Positions 21,186 through 30,971 are shown, counted from the first letter of the stretch. The stretch is 63,847 bases of DNA from a virus (IMGVR_UViG_3300025608_000522:1-63847), one strand, 5' to 3'. A program made the numbers and translations. The notes: generated from the sequence alone by a model not told the origin.

Positions 21186-21851
21186 ATGTATGATATAGTC
21201 TTTATAAATTATCAAGAACCTAATGCAGATGAAAATTATACTGCATTGTGTAAAAGATTTCCAAATGCAAAACGTGTTTGTGGAGTTAAAGGAATACACC
21301 AAGCGCATGTAGCTGCGGCTAAAAAAGCATTTACTAAGATGTTTTGGGTAGTTGACGCAGATGCTCGTATACTAGAAGATTTTAATTTTGATTACGTAGT
21401 TCCAGAATATGATATATCAGCTGTACATGTGTGGCAAAGCAAAAACCCAATTAATGATCTTGAGTATGGTTATGGAGGCGTAAAGCTACTTCCTCGCAGA
21501 CTTACTCTCAAAATGGATTTAACAAAACCTGACATGACCACTAGTATTAGTGATAACTTTAAAGCCATGAATCAAATATCAAATGTAACAGCATTTAATA
21601 CAGATCCGTTTAACACATGGAAAAGTGCATTTAGAGAATGTGCTAAACTAGCAAGTAAATCTATTGATAGACAAAATGAGGATGAAACAAATGAAAGACT
21701 TAAAACTTGGACAACCGTGGGACACGCTAGAGACTTTGGTGAATATGCGATACGAGGTGCTAGGGCTGGTATGGAGTTTGGCCTTTCTAATAAGTCTGAT
21801 ATATCATTAATTAATGACTTTGACTGGCTGCATGAAAGATTTAAACAATAA
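21186..21851 (+). CDS. GT-A-like protein, paralogue of 14348..15256
   Basis: YQEPNADENY, GVKGIHQAH, VVDADA, YGYGGVK, WKSAFRECAKL, GARAG. Confidence 0.55.
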   Translation: MYDIVFINYQEPNADENYTALCKRFPNAKRVCGVKGIHQAHVAAAKKAFTKMFWVVDADARILEDFNFDYVVPEYDISAVHVWQSKNPINDLEYGYGGVKLLPRRLTLKMDLTKPDMTTSISDNFKAMNQISNVTAFNTDPFNTWKSAFRECAKLASKSIDRQNEDETNERLKTWTTVGHARDFGEYAIRGARAGMEFGLSNKSDISLINDFDWLHERFKQ

Positions 21852-22748
21852 ATGGAAAATACATTTACAGTTGTTTTTAAAAATTCAAAAAATGAAAGTT
21901 ACAAGTTAGACTTTCAAGTCTATAAAAATGATATCAGCGAAAAATGGTTTTCTGTATTAAAAGATCAAATTATTAATTGTGACAATAAAATTTATGAAAC
22001 TGATAGATTATACGGGTTTCCAAATGATGGATGGAATGAAGAAAAGATTATTTCAGAATTAAACATATGCATAGAACAATTAAATCTTTTTAGACAAGTT
22101 ATTGACCATTATGCGTATGTAGGTATGCCACAAGAACATTTAAATATTTTACATCACTACTTTGAAAATCTTAGAGGCGGAGTGCTATCTCCCGGAGAGT
22201 TTTGGGAACTTGCTGACGAACAAACAAAACAAGTTTTAGGAAGATATAACGTTCTAATACACAGAGCAGAAGATTATTATAGATCTAAGTCTAACAGATC
22301 ACCGCGCATAGTTTGTACATTTAAACATAGAGAAAGATTTTTATTAGAAGATGACGATTATGAGCACTTTACAGTATTAACAAACTTCGGCGAAGTTTAT
22401 ATAAATTATTGCGAAGTTGGAAAACCATTACAAGATGTTTTCAAAGACGATGATGATATTGTTGGTGAAGATAATATTAGACCATTAAGATACTATAGTC
22501 CTGATTTTAGAGTGCATTTTTATAAAAATTCTCAAACATATGTAGATAATTTCTTAAAAGAAATAGATGACTGGTGGAATCAAAATCATAATTATCTTAC
22601 AGCGTTAGGATTTGTAAAAAATGATCCAAAAAATGCTATCGGTCATATTCCTGTAGCTAGAATTGTAAACACAGAATTAAACAACAGAGAGTTAATAAAC
22701 TTGCTTGCTAATTATAATATTTTAGATCGTGTTGAACTATCGAGTTAG
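21852..22748 (+). CDS. Hypothetical protein
   Basis: 298-aa ORF; LNILHHYFE...YNVLIHRAE His motifs; no family recognised. Confidence 0.65.
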   Translation: MENTFTVVFKNSKNESYKLDFQVYKNDISEKWFSVLKDQIINCDNKIYETDRLYGFPNDGWNEEKIISELNICIEQLNLFRQVIDHYAYVGMPQEHLNILHHYFENLRGGVLSPGEFWELADEQTKQVLGRYNVLIHRAEDYYRSKSNRSPRIVCTFKHRERFLLEDDDYEHFTVLTNFGEVYINYCEVGKPLQDVFKDDDDIVGEDNIRPLRYYSPDFRVHFYKNSQTYVDNFLKEIDDWWNQNHNYLTALGFVKNDPKNAIGHIPVARIVNTELNNRELINLLANYNILDRVELSS

Positions 22749-22822
22749 GTTCTATGATTACCGACTACAGTATAGCGTTCGTATCCGTTTGACATTAGAT
22801 ACGAATCTGCAAACCAAATTAA
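22745..22822 (-). pseudogene. Orphan C-terminal remnant of a methyltransferase-like gene
   Basis: Reads LIWFADSYLMSNGYERYTVVGNHRT* in a different frame right after the methyltransferase stop, echoing its tail ERGTRYLLVGKIS*. Confidence 0.45.
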
Positions 22823-23460
22823 CTTATCTTTCCAACAAGAAGGTATCTAGTACCTCTTTCGTCTGTTATTTCTTCTTCGATTGATACTATAGAGTTTTCT
22901 GGAAGCTGTTCTTTAAATTCTTCTATGCATTCTACACAATTTATATGTCCTTCGATATTGTACATGTTGTTTGATGTAAATGCAAAATAACAATTTTTGC
23001 TAACATTTGCCCAGTAAGGCCATTCTTTCATAGAAGGCATATGTTCACATGAAGTATTAATTATCAAATTAGAATTTTTAATAGACTCTATTAATCCTTC
23101 ATTGATATTAAATACATCTTGTGTAGCAAACATTACATTCTCAATATTTGGAAATATTCTATTTTTTGCAACTCTTATTGTTACATCGTCCATATCAAAG
23201 CAAGTAATTTTGTTAACTTTATTATGTAAACAAGAAACTAGAATACTTCCGTACCATGATCCTAAAATAACTACTTCAGAGTTATTATCTAAAATTTTTA
23301 AATCTTCTAAAGATTTAATCAGTTTTGTTTTTGATTTAAATTGATTCCTACTAAAAGAATCAAAAATGTCGTCGAGGCGTTTGTGTTCATTTCGATTTAA
23401 TTCTCTTATAAGATTTTTAAAAAAGTTTAAATCTATAGTGTTTCTATCTAAATCAATCAT
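22819..23460 (-). CDS. Class I SAM-dependent methyltransferase-like protein
   Basis: VVILGSWYG glycine loop, CFDMD, LIINTSCEHM. Confidence 0.7.
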   Translation of the reverse strand: MIDLDRNTIDLNFFKNLIRELNRNEHKRLDDIFDSFSRNQFKSKTKLIKSLEDLKILDNNSEVVILGSWYGSILVSCLHNKVNKITCFDMDDVTIRVAKNRIFPNIENVMFATQDVFNINEGLIESIKNSNLIINTSCEHMPSMKEWPYWANVSKNCYFAFTSNNMYNIEGHINCVECIEEFKEQLPENSIVSIEEEITDERGTRYLLVGKIS

Positions 23461-24973
23461 TTTGTTTCCTAATAATATATTCGCCGATAACTAGCACGTC
23501 TAGTCCGCACTTTTTAAATGTAGCAACAGCATCCTTTGGAGTTTCTACGATAGGCTCTTGACAATTAAAGCTAGTATTAAGTAACATAGGAACTCCAGTT
23601 AACTTGTAAAACTCGCTAATAAGTCTATAGTACTTTTCGTTAAAGTCTTTTGTAACTGTTTGAATACGTGCTGTACCGTCTACGTGTGTAACGCCTGGAA
23701 TAGCATCACTAGTAACCGGCATAATGCGACTCATATACGGTGATGGTTGATTAGTGTCAAAGTACTCTTTATAATGTTCTTCTAGTACACTTGGCGCAAA
23801 CGGACGGAAGTCTTCACGCAATTTAATTTTGGTATTAATGATATCTTTAATATCGGGGTTACGTGGATCAGCAAGTATGCTACGATTTCCTAATGCTCTA
23901 TTACCACTTTCGCCAGCACCCTGGAACCATCCTACAATAGCTCCTTTTGCAATATTTTTTGCAACTTCTGTGTAAACTTCGTCTATTGCTCTAACTTCAT
24001 ATGTTAATCCTTCCAGTATATTTGGGTCAACTTCGTATTCTTTACCAGCATACACTGTAAGCTTGTGTACATTTCCGTTAAGTACGTAGTCTGCATGCAT
24101 GTATGTGCCTAGTGCTTGACCTTCATCTCCAACAGCAGGGGGCACATGAACATTAGTGTAGTGTTTAGTAAACTCTTCGTTCATGTAGCCGTTATATGCA
24201 ACACCGCCTGCAATACATAAGTTATTGCTTGTCTTTAAAGGGTAGATGTATTTTTTAATTAGTTCGATAGTTGCATGTTGTAGAGTATACGCAACATCTT
24301 CTTTACTTACTTGTTCTAGTACTTTTCTAGCAAACTCAGGCAGTTTATGATTTGGATTCAGCAAGTATGATTGAATAATAGCGTCAACTTGATAGCAGTA
24401 TTTTCCATAACCTGCAAGCCCCATGACTTTTCCTGCGCCGAGATATCCAAAGCCTAAATCTTGCGCAAGTCTGTTCCAAAGTCCTCCAATAGAAAGTTTA
24501 TCTGATAAATCTTTAATATCGCCGTCTTTGTTTATAAAAATACAATTAAACTGCCATCCACGTCCGTCGATAGCAAGTATGTCACTTTTATCAAATCCTG
24601 AATTTAAAAAAGCGTATGCCGCATGACTTTGATGATGATCGATATAATAGTATTCGTCTCTTTGATAGTAGTCCCAAAGATTATTTGGTCTAAAGTCTAA
24701 GAACGATCTATCTGGAAGATGGTGATCGATTAAGTCAATTACAAATTCTTGTCCTAGATTAGAACAAGTAAACGCAAATACCTTATCCTCCCCACGGTTG
24801 TAATAGTTTGGAACAAAATAGTCATTAAAGAACAGTCTACTAGGCTCAGGATCGTGACTGTTATCAGGATTAAGATTATGCTTTGTACGTGTGTGACGTT
24901 CAGCTACATAGTGATACTTACCGTCATATGTATTGTGATCGTGTATGTTTACGGCTACTGAAAATATCTTCAT
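23453..24973 (-). CDS. Carbamoyltransferase, NodU/CmcH/TobZ family
   Basis: HHQSHAAYAF, IDGRG, GKVMGLAGYG, AGGVAYN, GDEGQALG, RALGNRSILADPR, REDFRPFAP, HVDGTARIQTV, LLNTSFN. Confidence 0.95.
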   Translation of the reverse strand: MKIFSVAVNIHDHNTYDGKYHYVAERHTRTKHNLNPDNSHDPEPSRLFFNDYFVPNYYNRGEDKVFAFTCSNLGQEFVIDLIDHHLPDRSFLDFRPNNLWDYYQRDEYYYIDHHQSHAAYAFLNSGFDKSDILAIDGRGWQFNCIFINKDGDIKDLSDKLSIGGLWNRLAQDLGFGYLGAGKVMGLAGYGKYCYQVDAIIQSYLLNPNHKLPEFARKVLEQVSKEDVAYTLQHATIELIKKYIYPLKTSNNLCIAGGVAYNGYMNEEFTKHYTNVHVPPAVGDEGQALGTYMHADYVLNGNVHKLTVYAGKEYEVDPNILEGLTYEVRAIDEVYTEVAKNIAKGAIVGWFQGAGESGNRALGNRSILADPRNPDIKDIINTKIKLREDFRPFAPSVLEEHYKEYFDTNQPSPYMSRIMPVTSDAIPGVTHVDGTARIQTVTKDFNEKYYRLISEFYKLTGVPMLLNTSFNCQEPIVETPKDAVATFKKCGLDVLVIGEYIIRKQND

Positions 24974-25830
24974 TGTTCTACAGTCTTAATTAAGTTCTGA
25001 TTTACAGGTTCGAGAGCAATTTTTTCGAGAATTTCTAGTTTACGTCCAGCAGGTCTGTCTGGAATAATATCCATACATCCTCGACAATAGTTTTCAAACT
25101 CGAATAGTTCGTAATTCATCATTTTTTCAATGTTTTCTTTAGTAACGTCAAACTGACGACTACCGTTAATCACTTTACGACTACAGTGTCTAATCTTTTG
25201 TATCTCAAAGTCAAACACTGGAACCTGCGGAAACTTAGCACAGATACGCCTATCAATTTCGGGTGCTTGTACAGGCTTATGATCTGACAAGAAATCTGGT
25301 GAACGCGAATTGTATTCTTTGAACTCTGTGTTCTTGTGCATAAGATAAGACAAATCGTGTTTGTCTTTGTAATCAAAGTAACCGGGCGTCTCAATGATAA
25401 GATTATAATTGTTTAGATCGTTCGGTTCAAAGAAGTTGTAGTTGCCTAGTTTTTCAATACGATCTTCGTAAAAATCTAATACTAGATGTTCGATGTAGAT
25501 AATTTCAGGATCTTCTAGTACATGTGGATAAAATTTACGAATTAAACTGTTACTAAGAACTTGAATGACTAGATTAGGATGTTTTTTAATTTCTGCAATA
25601 ACTTCGTCAAGGTTTTTAACAAGTCCGGGCTCTCCGCCAAGTAAACAAATGCGTGTTTTGTACGGAGACAATCCATCAAGGATAGTACGTAAAAAATTCA
25701 TATCAACGTCTAAGTTGCGCATTTCTAATGTCCATGCTGTACAGTAATGACAACTCTTGTTACAACTTTTAGTCATATAAAAGTCTACAGTACGATAGTC
25801 TGATGTTTTTAAATTTTCAAGTGTTATCAT
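24970..25830 (-). CDS. Radical SAM enzyme
   Basis: CNKSCHYC, LGGEP; C-terminal C...HCS...CRGC. Confidence 0.85.
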   Translation of the reverse strand: MITLENLKTSDYRTVDFYMTKSCNKSCHYCTAWTLEMRNLDVDMNFLRTILDGLSPYKTRICLLGGEPGLVKNLDEVIAEIKKHPNLVIQVLSNSLIRKFYPHVLEDPEIIYIEHLVLDFYEDRIEKLGNYNFFEPNDLNNYNLIIETPGYFDYKDKHDLSYLMHKNTEFKEYNSRSPDFLSDHKPVQAPEIDRRICAKFPQVPVFDFEIQKIRHCSRKVINGSRQFDVTKENIEKMMNYELFEFENYCRGCMDIIPDRPAGRKLEILEKIALEPVNQNLIKTVEQ

Positions 25831-26159
25831 ACGCTTCGACTTTCAGTTTTTTCTAACTTAAAATTAATCAGAGTTTCTTTCTTCATCATATCGTCGTTAT
25901 CTCGAACTTCACATGTTATTATACAAGCTGGTATTCCTATATTTTTTCTTAAATTCTTTTCAAATTCTTTCCATTCAGGTGTTTTTAAAATGTCTTGGAT
26001 CGAGTCGTAGTCGTCTATTTTACTTACAGACAACAATTTTTTATATACAGGGTCGTCTCTAGTGTGTCCGCTATCACAATAACAACAAGGTATTAACTCG
26101 CCCTGATTAGTTATAGCCATTTGCATTTTGCCATTTAAACATTTAGGATTTAATTTCAT
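25827..26159 (-). CDS. Stand-alone SPASM/twitch-like Fe-S protein
   Basis: PKC...GELIPCCYC...PACIITC with no radical-SAM core. Confidence 0.65.
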   Translation of the reverse strand: MKLNPKCLNGKMQMAITNQGELIPCCYCDSGHTRDDPVYKKLLSVSKIDDYDSIQDILKTPEWKEFEKNLRKNIGIPACIITCEVRDNDDMMKKETLINFKLEKTESRSV

Positions 26160-26779
26160 TTTAATGACATCCTATATTCTTTTTTTGTAGGAATTAACGG
26201 ATCGTTAGAATTATTCCACCTAGACGAAATTACTAAATTAAAACTAACCTCATTTTCTTCTGCAATTTTTTTTGCTTCTTCTACATTATCTTCGTTATAT
26301 CTAAATACAATATACTGCCATATAGGACTTTTTTTAAGATATTTTTTAGATTCGATCATTATATCAAACAATTTGTTACCATCTTGATTTATTCTATATA
26401 AGTGGCTTTGATGCGGCAATCCGTCTATGCCGAACCACCATAGTGCATCTGGATTTGTTTGAAACGCACGTTTATACCAGTCTTTTGATTTTGCCGACGA
26501 TGCATTATGAACATGTACTTCGATATTTTTTTTAAAACAAATTTCTAAAAATTCTATAAATTTGGGATGGTGAACGGGATCTGAAAATTGTCCACAAAAA
26601 TGTATAGATTTAAAATGAGAGGCAACTTTTAAAAATTCATCAAGTGATAAATCGTAACCACGAACAGGGTTATTAAATTTTGTATAGTGTCTTGATCGCT
26701 GACAGTTCGGACACTCTAATGCGCACCTGAAACCGATGTCTATATTTACATCACTCCTGCTAAAAAAATCTTTAGTCAT
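26156..26779 (-). CDS. Short radical SAM enzyme (core only)
   Basis: CALECPNC, CGQFSDP, FGIDG, WQYIVFRYNE; same subfamily as 18030..19253 but ends before the SPASM region. Confidence 0.85.
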   Translation of the reverse strand: MTKDFFSRSDVNIDIGFRCALECPNCQRSRHYTKFNNPVRGYDLSLDEFLKVASHFKSIHFCGQFSDPVHHPKFIEFLEICFKKNIEVHVHNASSAKSKDWYKRAFQTNPDALWWFGIDGLPHQSHLYRINQDGNKLFDIMIESKKYLKKSPIWQYIVFRYNEDNVEEAKKIAEENEVSFNLVISSRWNNSNDPLIPTKKEYRMSLK

Positions 26780-27849
26780 ACTACATCCTTAATAGTTTGA
26801 ATTACTGTTTGAATTTCGTCATCAGTTAACCATGCATGAATAGGTAAACTCAAAACAGTATCAGCTGCTGTCTTAGCCGCTATACAAGCGTCACTGCGCA
26901 CAGTTACACCTTCATACATACTGTTAGCACTCAACGGAGTTTCGTAGTGTATACTAGCGTTTAATGCGTTCTTAACACGCTTTCTAGTGTCCTTGTCTTC
27001 AAAGCGTACAACGTATTTGTGATAGTTGTTATTTAAACCGTTTGTGACTTTAGGAGTTACAATAGGCAAGTCTAAAAACGCTTCGTTATATTGCTGTGCA
27101 ATATTCTGTCTCTTAGATTGATTAGCTTCCATACTTTTCATACGCTGTTCGATAATGCGAGCATTAAGAACATACATGCGACTGTTATAGCCTAGAACAT
27201 CAAACGTCTTGTCCTTACCGTGCCTGCGAATCATCTTAAGACGTTTAGCAATTGCATCATCATCTGTTAGTACAACACCACCGCCGTTAACGCCCGCAAT
27301 AACTTTGTTACTGTTAAAGCTGAATACACTACAGTCGCCGATTGTTCCTGCTCTAACACCGTCTAAACTACTGCCTAATGCTTGTGCTGCATCTTCGATA
27401 AACAGTATGTCGTGCTGCTTACAGAACGCTTGTAATACACTTGTGTCCTCCATAGCACCAAACAAGTGTACATATACTATCGCCTTTACACGGTCGCTGT
27501 ACATGCGTTGTACGCTGTCTAAGGACATCTGATAAGTGTCTAGGTCAATGTCGCAGAACACAGGAGTGGCACCTACCATGTCTACACAGCTAGCACTAGA
27601 GATCCAGCTAAAGTCAGTTACAAGTACTTCGTCACCTAGACCAATACCGTGTGCTAATAATGCAAAGTGTAGTGCATCTGTAGCACTTGCTACACTTACA
27701 CAGTGCTTACGATTCATATGTTCTGCAAAACTACGTTCCCACTCTTCGTTGTTTTCGTAGTTCATTTGACTCATAAAATCATCAAAGATTTTTAAGTATG
27801 CGTCTTTGTTTTCTTGGTATTCCCTATCCCAAGCATCGTATGCTGTCAT
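26776..27849 (-). CDS. DegT/DnrJ/EryC1/StrS PLP-dependent sugar aminotransferase
   Basis: SATDALH, GATPVFCDID, VHLFG, EDAAQALG, FSFNSNK (catalytic Lys), GYNSRM, LSLPIH. Confidence 0.95.
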   Translation of the reverse strand: MTAYDAWDREYQENKDAYLKIFDDFMSQMNYENNEEWERSFAEHMNRKHCVSVASATDALHFALLAHGIGLGDEVLVTDFSWISSASCVDMVGATPVFCDIDLDTYQMSLDSVQRMYSDRVKAIVYVHLFGAMEDTSVLQAFCKQHDILFIEDAAQALGSSLDGVRAGTIGDCSVFSFNSNKVIAGVNGGGVVLTDDDAIAKRLKMIRRHGKDKTFDVLGYNSRMYVLNARIIEQRMKSMEANQSKRQNIAQQYNEAFLDLPIVTPKVTNGLNNNYHKYVVRFEDKDTRKRVKNALNASIHYETPLSANSMYEGVTVRSDACIAAKTAADTVLSLPIHAWLTDDEIQTVIQTIKDVV

Positions 27850-28697
27850 TTAAATTCCTCTAGTGCATTTAGTATAGGTGTAATGTCTGGTTCTTTAATA
27901 TCACGTTTCCAATACACGCTACCACCGTCTACAATTGTTTTATCTCGCAAGTAAATTACATCCTTGCCATAATACTTGCACTCTTGAAAGATTCTCGGTG
28001 CAGGATCAAACGTTTCTTTGGTGTATACATATGTTTCGAACATGCTCATGACGTTGTCTACGGGTACAAAAATATTATTATATTTTATATTAACATAGTC
28101 TGCGTCATATGTCAATATCCCATGATCAGGAAATTGGTCAATAACTTCCTCAATTGTTGCATAATATTTGTCATTAGTGCCTAAGAACAAATGTTTAAAC
28201 TGTATGTTGTCAACGTGCGGCTTGTATATACTAAAGTTAATTGTTTTTTCAAAGTGCGCACCTAAACCGTTAGGATAAACTTCTGTGTCGCACAAGTCTA
28301 CAATCTGTTTAGGAGCATAAAACTCTACAGCCTTAGGGTATTCTGCAGGATGATTTTCACTGTATACACTAATAACGTTACCGCTAAACAAGTTGCGCAA
28401 TGTTTCTTTTTGTTCATTGCGGTAATCATTAAAACTTTGCCAAGACAGCGTCATCATACTTCTGCCCATAATCAACGTTACATCGGCTCTGTTTGGGACA
28501 AAGTTATCAAATACTACATTTTGAAAGTAAATGTACTTGTTTGATATTGCACGTATATAATCATACATTGAAAAATTTTTATGACAGACGATTATAACCT
28601 GTGCATCTATACCTTGTTCGTTAAGATACGAACAGTACTCGTAGCTGTAATACAATAGTCCGTCTACTGGTTTGCTTGTGCATACAATATTAATCAT
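27846..28697 (-). CDS. Hypothetical protein, possibly GT-B-like
   Basis: C-terminal FDPAPRIFQECKYYGKDVIY resembles the GT-B E...G.PVI segment. Confidence 0.45.
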   Translation of the reverse strand: MINIVCTSKPVDGLLYYSYEYCSYLNEQGIDAQVIIVCHKNFSMYDYIRAISNKYIYFQNVVFDNFVPNRADVTLIMGRSMMTLSWQSFNDYRNEQKETLRNLFSGNVISVYSENHPAEYPKAVEFYAPKQIVDLCDTEVYPNGLGAHFEKTINFSIYKPHVDNIQFKHLFLGTNDKYYATIEEVIDQFPDHGILTYDADYVNIKYNNIFVPVDNVMSMFETYVYTKETFDPAPRIFQECKYYGKDVIYLRDKTIVDGGSVYWKRDIKEPDITPILNALEEFK

Positions 28698-29373
28698 AGT
28701 GCCAGATAACTACATCTTCTATATTAGGTTTTGTTTCGTCTTTATTAGACATTCTTGATAACATATGTTTGTCATCTACGGTAGGATGCCTGTATCCTAT
28801 ACTAAGTGCTAAAAAAATATTTGATTCTATAAAGCTCAGTATTTCTTTGTAAGGATTTATTTCGCCGTCTTTTCTTACATCTGGCAAACATGCGGTGTAG
28901 CTTACATCTATCCCTTGTTCAACACATAATCCAGTAACAATAGAACAAAACATTCCGATTTCAATTTTTGCATCTGTTGTTTTTTCGTGATGTCTTTTTG
29001 GATCTAGATTAGGATAAGAGTGTCCTTCTTTAAGTCTTTCTTCTACAAATTTATTCGGCACAGGACATCTTTTTTCAAACAAAATATTATATGGAGCATA
29101 TAGTAATTGAGTATTTCCTGCTATTCCTTTTTCATATCTTTCTTTATATTTTTCCCCGCCAAGTTCGTGTATACAAGCTAATCTATACAATTCTTTGTTA
29201 ATTTTATTATTATAAGGTCCTATAACATGTACTTTGTAAGGAACTAAATTTTGTTTAGAGGGTACTAGATTATAAGAATCGATTATTATTTTTTTTACAA
29301 GATCAATGTTGGGAATTTTTTCTTCGTCAAAGTATCGTACTTGTCTTCTCTGAGAAAAAATGTCTTTAATCAT
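28690..29373 (-). CDS. Nitroreductase-family flavoprotein
   Basis: RRQVRYF, VPSKQNLVPY, EIGMF...GIDVSY, LSIGY; ATG 29373 preferred because the longer start overlaps the divergent gene. Confidence 0.75.
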   Translation of the reverse strand: MIKDIFSQRRQVRYFDEEKIPNIDLVKKIIIDSYNLVPSKQNLVPYKVHVIGPYNNKINKELYRLACIHELGGEKYKERYEKGIAGNTQLLYAPYNILFEKRCPVPNKFVEERLKEGHSYPNLDPKRHHEKTTDAKIEIGMFCSIVTGLCVEQGIDVSYTACLPDVRKDGEINPYKEILSFIESNIFLALSIGYRHPTVDDKHMLSRMSNKDETKPNIEDVVIWHYD

Positions 29374-29400
29374 TATAGTTGGCTCCGTTGTATTTTTATC

Positions 29401-29413
29401 ATAAATATTTATA
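29401..29413. promoter_or_regulatory. Bidirectional late-promoter element (palindrome ATAAATATTTAT)
   Basis: ATAAATA on + (29401-29407) and TATAAATA on - (29406-29413) between divergent operons. Confidence 0.6.
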
Positions 29414-29440
29414 ATACTTATTTTTTTAAACAGAGCATTA

Positions 29441-30949
29441 ATGGCAAACTCAATCATATTCTCGGCATCATCTTTAGAAAGCAATTATTATGCGCAAAAA
29501 AACTATGGCGTATACAGAGTTGCCACAGAATTTAGAAACCAAGGACTATCTTGCCAAGTTGTACAGTTTTTTAACTTTTTTAGTGACGAAGAAATTATTA
29601 AAATTGTAGACAAATTCTCAGAAGATTTAAAGATAATAGGATTTAGTACATTGTTTTGGGAACATTATAATCCTAAATCTAAAGAAAACTTAATTAGTAA
29701 AGTTAATGTCTTAATCGATTACCTTCGAACAAATTATCCTAACGTTACTATACTTGCCGGTGGTCCTAGCAGTAGAATATTTTTAAACAATGAATTTACA
29801 AACGTTGATGCAATATTTGAAGGATTTTCAGAAAATACATTTATTCCGTATATTAGATCTATTGCATATAACGAACCTAAACTACTTCCTGACAAATACG
29901 AAAAAGATACTCCTATATATAACAAGATAAGCGGAAACTTTAATTTTAATAATAGTAGTACGATATATGTTCCTGAAGATTTAATATCACAACACGATGT
30001 TCCTATATTAGAAGTAGGAAGAGGGTGTATCTTTAAATGTAAGTTTTGCGGCTTTGCACTTAATGGTAAAAAGAAATTTGATTATATAAAGGACTTCGAG
30101 TGTTTACAAAAAGAATTAATTTACAATTATGAACAGTATGGCATTACTAGTTATATTTTAAGTGACGATACGTTTAACGATTCTTTATATAAGGTGCAAG
30201 AACTACATAAACTATTTACATCATTGCCTTTTAAAATTAAATTTGCTTGTTATTTAAGACTCGATCTGTTATTACGATTTCCTGAAGAAATAAAACTTCT
30301 TAAAGAAATGGGATTAATAGGAGCATTTTTTGGAATAGAAAGTTTTCATAAAGAAGCTGCAAAGTTAATTGGTAAAGGAATTGACCCTAATGTTGCTAAA
30401 CGTGCCTTACATGATCTTAAAACTATACATTGGGGAGATAAAATTAAGATTGGCATAGGTTTAATTACAGGATTGCCTTATGAAACATATGAAAGTATAC
30501 AACTGACAAAAGAATGGATTGCAGATGAAAATACGTTAGTTGATCAAGTTGTTCCTTTTCCTCTTAGCATCAGTAATCCTGAAAACGTAAGACCTCAGCC
30601 GTGGGATTCTGAATTTCAAAAAAATGCAGAGAAGTATGGATTTTCCTGGCCAGACGGACACAGTTATCACTGGCACAATAGTATAGGTCCTGTAAAAACT
30701 CGGCATGAAGCTGCTGAAATTTGGGAAGACTATAGAAGAGTTTGCGTAGAAACAAGCCGTCAAAAACAAGGAGGGTTTAATTTGTTAAAGGCATATCCTC
30801 TAATATCTAGACAAACAAATGCCCCGTCACTAGAAGAACTACTAGCAATGAATAGACATGCATATACACAATATGTAAAATCTTTAGAAAATAATAATTG
30901 CATTTCTATATATGTTAATGATTATAAGTCATCATTGTTAAACATCTAA
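29441..30949 (+). CDS. Cobalamin-binding (class B) radical SAM enzyme
   Basis: N-terminal B12-type Rossmann (IIGFST...LAGGP), EVGRGCIFKCKFC, DDTFN, GIESF, GLPYET. Confidence 0.9.
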   Translation: MANSIIFSASSLESNYYAQKNYGVYRVATEFRNQGLSCQVVQFFNFFSDEEIIKIVDKFSEDLKIIGFSTLFWEHYNPKSKENLISKVNVLIDYLRTNYPNVTILAGGPSSRIFLNNEFTNVDAIFEGFSENTFIPYIRSIAYNEPKLLPDKYEKDTPIYNKISGNFNFNNSSTIYVPEDLISQHDVPILEVGRGCIFKCKFCGFALNGKKKFDYIKDFECLQKELIYNYEQYGITSYILSDDTFNDSLYKVQELHKLFTSLPFKIKFACYLRLDLLLRFPEEIKLLKEMGLIGAFFGIESFHKEAAKLIGKGIDPNVAKRALHDLKTIHWGDKIKIGIGLITGLPYETYESIQLTKEWIADENTLVDQVVPFPLSISNPENVRPQPWDSEFQKNAEKYGFSWPDGHSYHWHNSIGPVKTRHEAAEIWEDYRRVCVETSRQKQGGFNLLKAYPLISRQTNAPSLEELLAMNRHAYTQYVKSLENNNCISIYVNDYKSSLLNI

Positions 30950-30958
30950 GCTCACTGT

Positions 30959-30966
30959 TATAAATA
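30959..30966 (+). promoter_or_regulatory. T4-like late promoter TATAAATA
   Basis: Perfect TATAAATA 5 nt before ATG 30972. Confidence 0.65.
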
Positions 30967-30971
30967 TTGTT

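Noticed and set aside
15253-26779. RiPP cluster interpretation of the SPASM radical SAMs
   Set aside because: No precursor peptide, RRE/PqqD domain, peptidase or transporter recognised; neighbours are sugar-type enzymes. Not excluded if structural proteins are the substrates
29374-29484. N-terminal extension of the nitroreductase ORF
   Set aside because: Overlaps the divergent gene start and the promoter palindrome; the family motif begins at ATG 29373
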